Below, in pieces: positions 8,487 through 16,049 of a stretch of 18,056 nt of DNA (positions within the stretch are counted from its first letter, which is position 1; every line of letters starts with the position of its first letter). The stretch covers positions 1-18,056 of the forward strand of contig JBEQAF010000040.1 in the NCBI GenBank assembly GCA_041640455.1, in the 5' to 3' direction. A model generated the notes under the pieces. The model did no database searches. It saw only the letters and a program-made list of their open reading frames with translations, and was not told the origin of the DNA. A program made the position numbers and the translations under genes. This DNA comes from a bacterium. GTDB lineage: Bacteria; CALINM01.

Positions 8487-9435
8487 CAGTGCAGATGCAG
8501 GGGAGTACAGGGATACCACTTTGAGGGAGTTAACTCTTGAAGGGGATAATATCTTTTCAGGCACTGTTTACATTGAAGGCAGGGTGACTGTAAATGATTC
8601 AGCAACACTAACTATAACGGAAGGCACGAGGGTAATTTTTAGGTTCATAGATACCGATAATGACGGGATTGGAGAGAGCGAGATTTTAAGTCAGGGAAAA
8701 GTTATGGTTTCAGGAACAGAGAAAAATCCTGTAATATTTTGTTCAGACAGAAAAGAAAAGGGAAGCTGGCTTGGTTTTAGCATAATGAGTGTAGATAATC
8801 AATCGGTCTTCAATTATGTGATTTTTGAAGACTCCTATATGGCACTTCATTCACATTTTTCCAATATAAAGCTTATAAACTCAGTTTTCAGAAATAATCT
8901 AAGGGGGTTTCAGAGTCAGGAAGGAGATATAGAGATAATGGGCTGTGTCTTTTACAACAACAATACAGCCCTTCAGTTCAGAAATTCAAGAGCCTTCGTA
9001 TCAGATCTGATTATCAGAGATAACCTCGGAGGAATGAACTTTTTATATAGTCAGGTGGAGATTAAAAATATCAGGATTATAAACAACAGTCTCTTTGGAC
9101 TGAAGGTAAGAATGTCGAAAGCCCATATATCAGAGCTTACCGTTTCAAACAGTATGCAAAATATATATGGAAGAGGTTCAGAAATCTATGCAAAAAAAAT
9201 AAAATCAGAACTTTCAAGTCTAAGAGGAGTTTCTTTTGAGGGATCAAAGGTGGTTTTAGAAGACAGCATTATCTTCAACAATCTGCTGGATGGTATATCT
9301 CTTGATAACTCCAATCTGGAAACAGCAAACATAATCCTTGAAAATAATGGTAGATTTGACATCTATCTTAAAGCTGGTGCTATAATTACAGGAATTGAAA
9401 AGAAAGAGGGTGTTAAAATCTTTGAACATAAATGA
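8437..9435 (+). CDS. Right-handed parallel beta-helix exported protein (paralogue 2)
   Basis: Sec signal ending ADA; ATLTITEGT..GTEKNPVIF..W module; repeated FRNNLRG, FYNNNTA, IRDNLGG, IINNSLFG turns. Confidence 0.8.
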   Translation: MKTRIILLLLTYLLSLSSADAGEYRDTTLRELTLEGDNIFSGTVYIEGRVTVNDSATLTITEGTRVIFRFIDTDNDGIGESEILSQGKVMVSGTEKNPVIFCSDRKEKGSWLGFSIMSVDNQSVFNYVIFEDSYMALHSHFSNIKLINSVFRNNLRGFQSQEGDIEIMGCVFYNNNTALQFRNSRAFVSDLIIRDNLGGMNFLYSQVEIKNIRIINNSLFGLKVRMSKAHISELTVSNSMQNIYGRGSEIYAKKIKSELSSLRGVSFEGSKVVLEDSIIFNNLLDGISLDNSNLETANIILENNGRFDIYLKAGAIITGIEKKEGVKIFEHK

Positions 9436-9475
9436 CAGTTTTTTAACAATAAGATAATTTTTGTATGGAGACTTG

Positions 9476-10372
9476 ATGAAAAACATAGTTTTACTTTTGC
9501 TGATAGTTTTAATAGCTATGGCGGGTTGTAAAAATAGAATTACTGACCGGACATATAAGATTGGTTTTATGATCTGCAATAGCGAAAAGGAGACGAAGGA
9601 GAGATTTGAACCGCTCGTAGAATATCTGAAAAAAGAGACAGGCTATAACTTTAGCCTCGAAGCAGTTGATACGGTAGATTTTGAGGAAAAATTTAAGAAA
9701 GAAAAGTATGACCTCACTCATACAAACTCCATTCTCTACATAATTTTAAATAAAGAATATGGGGTAAATCTGCTCGTATCTGAGAAAAATGGTATTTATG
9801 GTGCAAAAACCATGGGGACAATTATAGTAAAAAAAGACAGTCCTATTAATAAGTTATCGGATCTCAAGGGGAAAAAGATGATATTCGGTCCAACCTTTGC
9901 CCCCTTCGGATATGTCACCCAGTTTGAGTTAATGATGAGAAACGGGATTGATCCCTATAGGGACTTAAAAATTCTGTATCAGCCATCCCATTCCTTTCAG
10001 CACGAAAAGATAATCTATGGAGTATGGTTTGGTGCCTTCGACGCCGGAGCGGCTCCACTTCTTGATCTGGAAGAGATGCAGGTAGAAGGGAAGATAAAGC
10101 TTGACGAAGATTTTAAGATAATTGCAAAAACAGAGATTCATCCTTACTGCACCTTTGGCTACAGAAAAGATCTGCCTGAAGATCTGGTAAAAAAGGTGGA
10201 ACAGGCTCTTTTGAAGCTTAACAAGGATTCTACCGTTGAGATAAAAGGCGAACGGGTAAATATATTTCGGACCGCAAAGATTGATGGGTTTGATAAGCTT
10301 TCCGACAGGGAGTTTGACGGACTGAGAGAGATTCTTAAAAAAATTAACTTTCCACCCTATCAGGTGTATTAA
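9476..10372 (+). CDS. PhnD/phosphonate-type substrate-binding lipoprotein (orphan)
   Basis: ATG 9476 after GGAGA; lipobox MAG-C. FEPLVEYLKKETG, IIVKKDSPINKLSDLKGK and DLPEDLVKKVEQALL are typical of PhnD/SsuA-type binders. Confidence 0.8.
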   Translation: MKNIVLLLLIVLIAMAGCKNRITDRTYKIGFMICNSEKETKERFEPLVEYLKKETGYNFSLEAVDTVDFEEKFKKEKYDLTHTNSILYIILNKEYGVNLLVSEKNGIYGAKTMGTIIVKKDSPINKLSDLKGKKMIFGPTFAPFGYVTQFELMMRNGIDPYRDLKILYQPSHSFQHEKIIYGVWFGAFDAGAAPLLDLEEMQVEGKIKLDEDFKIIAKTEIHPYCTFGYRKDLPEDLVKKVEQALLKLNKDSTVEIKGERVNIFRTAKIDGFDKLSDREFDGLREILKKINFPPYQVY

Positions 10373-10836
10373 TGAAAAAAATCAAGCTTATACTGATTTT
10401 AGTAATCTTTGCCTCAGCTGTTATGAATATTTACTACCTTTATGAGCTTAAATCACTACCTGTCCCAAAAAATGATCCGAGAGAGGCAAAATATCTCAGC
10501 ATGGAGCTTAAAAAAAGGGCTGTTGAGCCGGCTATTAATATGCTGAGAGAAGACAAAGTAGAAGAGGCTATCATATTTCTCAAAGACGAACGGCTTGAAG
10601 ATAATGTGTTTGCCCATTTTTATTTAGGGCTTGTTTATTTTGAAACTAAAAAGGAGAAAGAGGGGCTTCAGCTAATAGCTAAAGCGATCAAGGAAGAACC
10701 CACACTTTACGATGGAAACTATCCCGATAATGTAAGAAGGATTCTAAAAATAATCGTAGACAAAATCCATGGTAGGGATGAGCTGAGAGAGTTTAGACAT
10801 CTTATTGACAGCAAACTCAAAGGTGGCTGTGGATGA
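10372..10836 (+). CDS. Membrane-anchored TPR-like protein with C-terminal GGCG
   Basis: N-terminal hydrophobic helix; TPR-like AHFYLGLVY...GLQLIAKAIKEEP; ends KLKGGCG. Overlaps both neighbours (TAATG and ATGA). Confidence 0.7.
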   Translation: MKKIKLILILVIFASAVMNIYYLYELKSLPVPKNDPREAKYLSMELKKRAVEPAINMLREDKVEEAIIFLKDERLEDNVFAHFYLGLVYFETKKEKEGLQLIAKAIKEEPTLYDGNYPDNVRRILKIIVDKIHGRDELREFRHLIDSKLKGGCG

Positions 10837-11897
10837 GAAAGGAAACCGCATTCTACCTTTTTACAGCGCTTCTTATGGGCATTTTTGCTGCGCTGCTATC
10901 TGTTTACGGCAATCCAATCAATACGGGGATCTGCATCTCCTGTTTTATGGAAAATTTTAGCGGAGCAATAAAGCTTCATCAAAATATTTTTATGCAGTAC
11001 ATAAGACCAGAGCTCATTTTTATATCAATCGGTAGCTTTTTAAGCGCCCTTATAAGAAAAGAGTTTAAAGCTCGTATCTCCAGCTCTGTAATTTATTACT
11101 TTCTGGGTGGCATATTTATGATTATCGGTAGTGCAGTATTTATAGGCTGTCCTATAAAGATGATGTTAAAGCTTGCAGGCGGAGACCTTAACAGCATCGC
11201 TGGTATTCTTGGCACCATATTTGGTGTCTGGCTTGGTGTAAAATTTTTAAAATCAAACATAGATACTGCATCTTTCAGAATAAGCCATGTAAGTTCATCC
11301 AAAAATGCTCTTATTCTGCCTCTGACAATTATTATTATCATGGTAATCTATTTTCTAAATCCCGGACTTTTTGCTGAAAGCAAAAGCGGTGCTGGCGCAG
11401 AGAAGGCTCCACTTTTGCTTGCCACATCTGCAGGGCTTATACTCGGAGCTTTTTCTCAGTATTCAAGATTCTGTATCACTGGCTCCATCAGAAATAGCCT
11501 CATACTGAAAAACTTAACAGGATTTCTGGCACTTCTAATTCTCACATTAGTTGCAATGCTGATAAACATCTATTTTAAAAGATTCAATCTGGGCTTTATA
11601 GGTCAGGCAGGAAGTCACACATCCTATCTCTGGTCATTTCTTGCCATGACTCTGGTAGGGTATATTGCTGTGCTGATAGATGGCTGTCCTTTCAGACAGA
11701 TAGTTAAGATGAGTGAAGGAGACATTAATGCGCAGATTGCATTTGTGGGCATGGTATTCGGTGCCGCAATGGTACAGAACTTTGGTATATTAAGCGACTC
11801 AGGCGGACCAACCTTTTTCGGTAAGCTTGGTGTTATGATCGGTATAACTGTTTTTGCCTTTTTAAGCTATGAGCTGATAAGAGATGAAAAAAATTAG
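10833..11897 (+). CDS. yedE: YedE/YeeE-family sulfur/selenium compound transporter
   Basis: Polytopic membrane protein with GNPINTGICISCF, QYIRPE, FIGCP, SRFC and DGCPFRQ motifs, characteristic of the selenium-metabolism-associated YedE subfamily. Confidence 0.88.
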   Translation: MRKETAFYLFTALLMGIFAALLSVYGNPINTGICISCFMENFSGAIKLHQNIFMQYIRPELIFISIGSFLSALIRKEFKARISSSVIYYFLGGIFMIIGSAVFIGCPIKMMLKLAGGDLNSIAGILGTIFGVWLGVKFLKSNIDTASFRISHVSSSKNALILPLTIIIIMVIYFLNPGLFAESKSGAGAEKAPLLLATSAGLILGAFSQYSRFCITGSIRNSLILKNLTGFLALLILTLVAMLINIYFKRFNLGFIGQAGSHTSYLWSFLAMTLVGYIAVLIDGCPFRQIVKMSEGDINAQIAFVGMVFGAAMVQNFGILSDSGGPTFFGKLGVMIGITVFAFLSYELIRDEKN

Positions 11898-12633
11898 TCT
11901 TCTTATTATTTTTTTAGCAGCCTGTTCACATGCTCTTGCGGAAGAGATCCGATTTTCCGGAGTGATTAATATTGACTCAAAAAAATCTTTCAGCGGTAAA
12001 AGGGTTATATTTTTACCAGGAACAAAGCTATTTTTAAATCGTGAGCTGGAAGAGACATTATTCTTTAATAACTGTCAGATATATATGGAGGGGACTGCGG
12101 AAGAGCCCATAATTGTGGAAGGGGTTGGAGAAGAGGAGCCTCAGGAAGATAAAAATCTCTTTCATGTGGAAGACAGTAAACTTACGATAAAACACGCAAT
12201 TTTTAAAAATGGATCCTGGCATCTGCATATTCACAACTCAAATACCCTGATAGAAAATTCATTTTTTGAAAAAAGCTTTGGTGCTGTGAGATTTTCCGGT
12301 AAAGATGTCACCATCCGCAGAAATATATTTAAAGAAAATAAAATAGCCATAAGATTTATCAAAGCAGACCCGGTTATACAGAACAATATTTTTATGAAAA
12401 ATGATGTGGCAATTTTTTTACGTGAAGGAGTTGATTCCGTAGATATTAGTTTAAACGCCTTTATTAATAACCGTTATGATCTATACGGTGGTTTTTTTCA
12501 GGAAAAAGATGTAAACATTTATAAAAACTATTTTTTGTCAGAGCCCCGTTTTTTTGACAGAAGAAAAGACGACTCCCTGAACTTTCAGATTAATAACCTT
12601 GAGAGCCTGGCTACTTTTCCTGACTGGCATTAA
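11884..12633 (+). CDS. Right-handed parallel beta-helix (NosD-like) exported protein (paralogue 3)
   Basis: Signal peptide; FLPGTK..GTAEEPI module; IRRNIFKENKIAI, IQNNIFMKNDVAI and ISLNAFINN repeats. Confidence 0.8.
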   Translation: MKKISLLIIFLAACSHALAEEIRFSGVINIDSKKSFSGKRVIFLPGTKLFLNRELEETLFFNNCQIYMEGTAEEPIIVEGVGEEEPQEDKNLFHVEDSKLTIKHAIFKNGSWHLHIHNSNTLIENSFFEKSFGAVRFSGKDVTIRRNIFKENKIAIRFIKADPVIQNNIFMKNDVAIFLREGVDSVDISLNAFINNRYDLYGGFFQEKDVNIYKNYFLSEPRFFDRRKDDSLNFQINNLESLATFPDWH

Positions 12634-12640
12634 TTTTGCA
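12624..12640 (+). promoter_or_regulatory. Putative internal sigma54 -24/-12 promoter upstream of the PqqD/radical SAM module
   Basis: CTGGCATTAATTTTGCA: GG(12626-27)-N10-GC(12638-39). Near-identical to the motif at 3424-3440. Confidence 0.68.
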
Positions 12641-12652
12641 TAAACGGAAACT

Positions 12653-12979
12653 ATGAAAGAACATATGATAAAAAAGGCTGAAGACATTTTTGAAAGATTA
12701 GAAGAAGATATGATGAAACAGGCAGAAGAAGCCCTGTCAAAGGGCATGTATGAAGAAGCTGAAAACATTGGTGTTCTTACGCTGATTAAGGCAGGCGTTA
12801 TGACCCAGCTCAATATGATGGGTTATCATATCTGGAACAAGCTTCAGGATCCAAAAACTGTTCAGGCACTGGCTGAAGAGATCTCAAAGGATTTTGATGT
12901 GCCCTTTGAGGAAGCTCTTGAGGATACAAAAATATTTATTAAAGATCTGGTAGATAATGGTTTTTTGATTTATGAATAA
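12653..12979 (+). CDS. PqqD-family RiPP recognition element (GeoRSP-type)
   Basis: LNMMGYHIWNKLQDPKTVQALAEEISKDFDV..EALEDTKIFIKDLVDNGFL is the PqqD helical signature. Has an acidic helical insertion near the N-terminus. Immediately precedes the radical SAM gene. Confidence 0.9.
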   Translation: MKEHMIKKAEDIFERLEEDMMKQAEEALSKGMYEEAENIGVLTLIKAGVMTQLNMMGYHIWNKLQDPKTVQALAEEISKDFDVPFEEALEDTKIFIKDLVDNGFLIYE

Positions 12980-13988
12980 TTTCTTTTTTAATGCACCGCT
13001 TACTATTAACATCTCTCTGTCTTATCGATGCAATTTTAACTGCCTTCATTGTTACTCAAGAGAGATTAATGAAAAAAACGAGCTCTCTTTTGAGCAGTTT
13101 AAACAGATAGCCGAGATACTTTCTGACTGGAAGGTGCCGTTTCTTAATATTGGAGGCGGAGAACCTCTCATAATCCCCTGGCTTTTTGATTTTGTAAGAT
13201 TTGCCAGTCAGAAAGGGCTTCACTGCTCTATGAACAGCAACGGATTTCTTCTTACAAAAGATAAAGCAAAAGATATTAAAAAAGCAGGCTTCACATCTGT
13301 GGGTATCAGTATAGACAGCCCGAGAGGAGAGATTCACGACCAGTTCAGAAACAAACCTGGAAGCTTTAAAAAGGCGCTGGAAGCTCTCGAAAACTTAGCC
13401 AGTGAAGATGTGAAATCTACCATATCCATGGTTGTCTGTAAGCTCAATTATCAGGATTTTCATGAGCTTATACCCATTGCAAAAGAGTATAAGGTCAAAC
13501 AGCTATTTCTTCATAACTACAAATGCTCTGGCATGGGCTACAAGAATATGGAGAAGTTAGACCTATCTCCTCTTGAGTGGAAAGAATTCTACAAAAAGGC
13601 TTTAGAGATAAAAAAAGAAACCCAAGACCTGATTATATCTTTTGATGATCCCATCATTCATCTTATTCCAGGGTACAATGAAAGACCACTCGTAAGAGGT
13701 AGCACATGTGGAAAACTTTCTCTAAATATCCATTCAAATGGAGATATTACGCCCTGCGGATTCATGCCCGTAAAAATCGGAAACATACTGAAAGATGATA
13801 TAAAAAAGCTCTGGAAAGAATCGGAAACCCTGAATATTTTAAGAGATCCAGTCCCTCAGGGAAAATGTAAAAGCTGTAATATTTATGAAAACTGTCTTGG
13901 CGGATGCAAGGCAAGGGCATATATGTTGTCTGGAGATTTTCATAACCCAGACCCACACTGCTGGAAAGAAGGAGGTGATAATCAATGA
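12972..13988 (+). CDS. Radical SAM/SPASM peptide maturase (PqqE/MftC-like, GeoRSP-type)
   Basis: CNFNCLHC (CxxxCxxC), GGGEP, SNG, ISID; SPASM motifs STCGK..GDITPC..CKSC..CLGGC..DPHC. Confidence 0.93.
   Translation: MNNFFFNAPLTINISLSYRCNFNCLHCYSREINEKNELSFEQFKQIAEILSDWKVPFLNIGGGEPLIIPWLFDFVRFASQKGLHCSMNSNGFLLTKDKAKDIKKAGFTSVGISIDSPRGEIHDQFRNKPGSFKKALEALENLASEDVKSTISMVVCKLNYQDFHELIPIAKEYKVKQLFLHNYKCSGMGYKNMEKLDLSPLEWKEFYKKALEIKKETQDLIISFDDPIIHLIPGYNERPLVRGSTCGKLSLNIHSNGDITPCGFMPVKIGNILKDDIKKLWKESETLNILRDPVPQGKCKSCNIYENCLGGCKARAYMLSGDFHNPDPHCWKEGGDNQ
13969..13979 (+). promoter_or_regulatory. Extended Shine-Dalgarno sequence for the small ORF
   Basis: AAGGAGGTGAT, an 11-nt perfect complement of the canonical 16S rRNA 3' end. 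The GGAGG core ends 9 nt before ATG 13985. Confidence 0.85.
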
Positions 13989-14041
13989 AAAGATATATGA
14001 AACCAAGAACAACAGGTATTTCAAGCGTCCATCCCTGCTAA
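13985..14041 (+). CDS. Candidate RiPP precursor peptide, 18 aa: MKRYMKPRTTGISSVHPC
   Basis: ATG overlaps the radical SAM stop (ATGA); perfect SD; fills the gap to the next gene (7 nt left). YxxP RRE-binding-type leader motif and C-terminal His-Pro-Cys. Confidence 0.8.
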   Translation: MKRYMKPRTTGISSVHPC

Positions 14042-14048
14042 AACTTAT

Positions 14049-14900
14049 ATGAGCTTTAACCTTAATCTGCCTTTAAAACTTTCGGTGGCTTTTTCTGGGT
14101 GGGGAGAGAGTGCAGATAAGTTTCTAACATTACTGAAAAAAGTTGAAAAATTACCTCTTTTTTCTCTCTCCCTTGAGTTAGACAGGGAGGCTTTTTTTTT
14201 ACTCTGGGAGTTGAAAGACAAACTGTCCTTTAAGGCATTTAGAAAGGTGCTTGTAATTGAACCAGACCTTCTAAATGACGACGACGCAGTTTTTAATCTT
14301 TTCAATGAAACAGAGATATCTTTGCCCTTTTACATTGATGAACTAAGTCTTGAGAGACTTTTTGAGCAACATACAGATGATATAAAAGCCATAAGCTTTC
14401 TTCTAACCCGCACAAATATTCCTATTTTTAAAAAAATTCTTAACCTTGCCCAAGAACGGCATATTAAAATAAACATTCCCAATCCAAATCTTATAAGGTT
14501 TAGAAGCGAGCTTTCCCGAATATGCCTGAGATATGAAGACCTGAATAACCTCTGTGAGCTTAAAGATCTTGTAAAAGCTGTAAAGATAGAGGTGCATGAT
14601 TACTTTCTTGCAAGATTTTTTGGATTAGCTGATGCGGAAAAGTTTCAGGGATGTCAGGCGGGAAAGCTTCTTGGACATGTGGAAAATGCCATTCTTTATC
14701 CCTGCTCATCCATTCCTATCCCTCTGGGCTCTCTTGTAGATAATGATTTTGAGTTTCTATGGAAAGAGGCATATAATATTGTGATGAAGCTTAAAAATGA
14801 CTGTTGCAGAAACTGCTCAAAGATGGAGATCTGCAAGCTTGGATGTATAGGAAATGCAGTATATCTGGGTGATTACAAAGACCCATTATGTGAGGCTTAG
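14049..14900 (+). CDS. SPASM-domain protein with degenerate radical SAM domain (GeoRSP-type)
   Basis: C-terminal GCQAG..LYPC..CRNC..CKLGC..DPLC SPASM cysteines are intact. No CxxxCxxC or GGEP in the N-terminal part. Confidence 0.85.
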   Translation: MSFNLNLPLKLSVAFSGWGESADKFLTLLKKVEKLPLFSLSLELDREAFFLLWELKDKLSFKAFRKVLVIEPDLLNDDDAVFNLFNETEISLPFYIDELSLERLFEQHTDDIKAISFLLTRTNIPIFKKILNLAQERHIKINIPNPNLIRFRSELSRICLRYEDLNNLCELKDLVKAVKIEVHDYFLARFFGLADAEKFQGCQAGKLLGHVENAILYPCSSIPIPLGSLVDNDFEFLWKEAYNIVMKLKNDCCRNCSKMEICKLGCIGNAVYLGDYKDPLCEA

Positions 14901-16049
14901 ATGGGCATATATTTAGACAACGCAGCCACATCGCATCCAAAACCTCAGGAAGTTTATAACGAGGTTCTCAAAACTCTAAAAGATATTGGAGCCAATCCAG
15001 GGAGAGGCGGACATAAAGCCTCACTTGCTGCGGCAAGGATTATATTTGAAGCAAGAGAGCTGATTGCTGAGTTTTTTAATGCCGAAAGAAGCAGCCGAAT
15101 TGTTTTTACCTCCAACGCTACCGAGGCTCTAAACATTGCCATAAAGGGTATTCTTGAGCAGGATGATGAAGTTATAACCACTCCACTGGAACATAACTCT
15201 GTATTAAGACCCCTTTTCTCACTCAAGAAGGCAAAAAATGTGGATATAAAATTTATTTCCTGTTCACCAGAAGGCTTTTTTGAACCCCGTGATCTGGAAA
15301 GGCTCTTAACCAAAAAAACCAGACTTATAGCCCTCACCCATGCATCAAACGTAATAGGTACCATAACACCTGTAAAAGAAACCTTTGAAATCTGCAAGAG
15401 ATATAATATCTATACACTTCTTGATGCTGCTCAGACAGCAGGAGTCATTCCAATTGATGTGATGGATATGAATATAGATCTTCTTGCCTGTGCAGGGCAT
15501 AAATCCCTTTTTGGACCTCAGGGAACAGGTATCCTCTACGTTAAAGAAGGAATAAATCTTAAACCTCTAAAAGAGGGTGGCACGGGCACACAGTCATCAA
15601 GCCCCGAACAGCCCACTGATATGCCCGAAAGCCTTGAATCTGGCACATTAAACACACCTGGCATTGCAGGGCTTAAGGCAGGCATAGAGTTCATTATGAA
15701 AACAGGCATGAAAAACATCAGGGATCATGAGATAAGCTTAAATCGGCTTATAATAAACGGTCTTCATGACAACAAAAAAGTAATTATTTATGGTCCTAAA
15801 GACCCCGAAAAGATATCATCACCCATATCATTTAACATTAAAAATCTTGACTGCTCAGAAGTAGGGTTTATTTTAGATGAGATTTATGATATATATGTAA
15901 GGGTTGGGCTTCACTGTGCACCTTTAGCTCATAAACTTATTGGCACCTATCCGCATGGTACTGCAAGGGTTAGTGCGGGATATTTTAACACAGAGGAAGA
16001 GATAAATGCTTTTATTAAGGCGGTTAATGAAATATCTGCAAAGATTTAG
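14901..16049 (+). CDS. PLP-dependent cysteine desulfurase / selenocysteine lyase family protein (class V aminotransferase, SufS/CsdA-type)
   Basis: YLDNAATS, EHNSV, HASNV, DAAQ, GHK (PLP lysine) and RVGLHCA catalytic Cys loop. Confidence 0.92.
   Translation: MGIYLDNAATSHPKPQEVYNEVLKTLKDIGANPGRGGHKASLAAARIIFEARELIAEFFNAERSSRIVFTSNATEALNIAIKGILEQDDEVITTPLEHNSVLRPLFSLKKAKNVDIKFISCSPEGFFEPRDLERLLTKKTRLIALTHASNVIGTITPVKETFEICKRYNIYTLLDAAQTAGVIPIDVMDMNIDLLACAGHKSLFGPQGTGILYVKEGINLKPLKEGGTGTQSSSPEQPTDMPESLESGTLNTPGIAGLKAGIEFIMKTGMKNIRDHEISLNRLIINGLHDNKKVIIYGPKDPEKISSPISFNIKNLDCSEVGFILDEIYDIYVRVGLHCAPLAHKLIGTYPHGTARVSAGYFNTEEEINAFIKAVNEISAKI

Noticed and set aside
9432..9475. Mini-ORF MTVF and weak promoter-like hexamers in the 40-nt gap
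   Set aside because: Four codons, no SD and poor spacing; consistent with chance.
10834..10971. Selenocysteine read-through at the TGA after GGCG
   Set aside because: The TGA is explained by an ATGA overlap with yedE. The downstream hairpin is weak, and read-through would add about 44 residues out of frame over yedE.
13985..14049. Small ORF as a frameshifted N-terminus of the SPASM protein
   Set aside because: It is in a different frame with its own TAA, and the SPASM protein's start at 14049 already aligns with the start of its rSAM paralogue.
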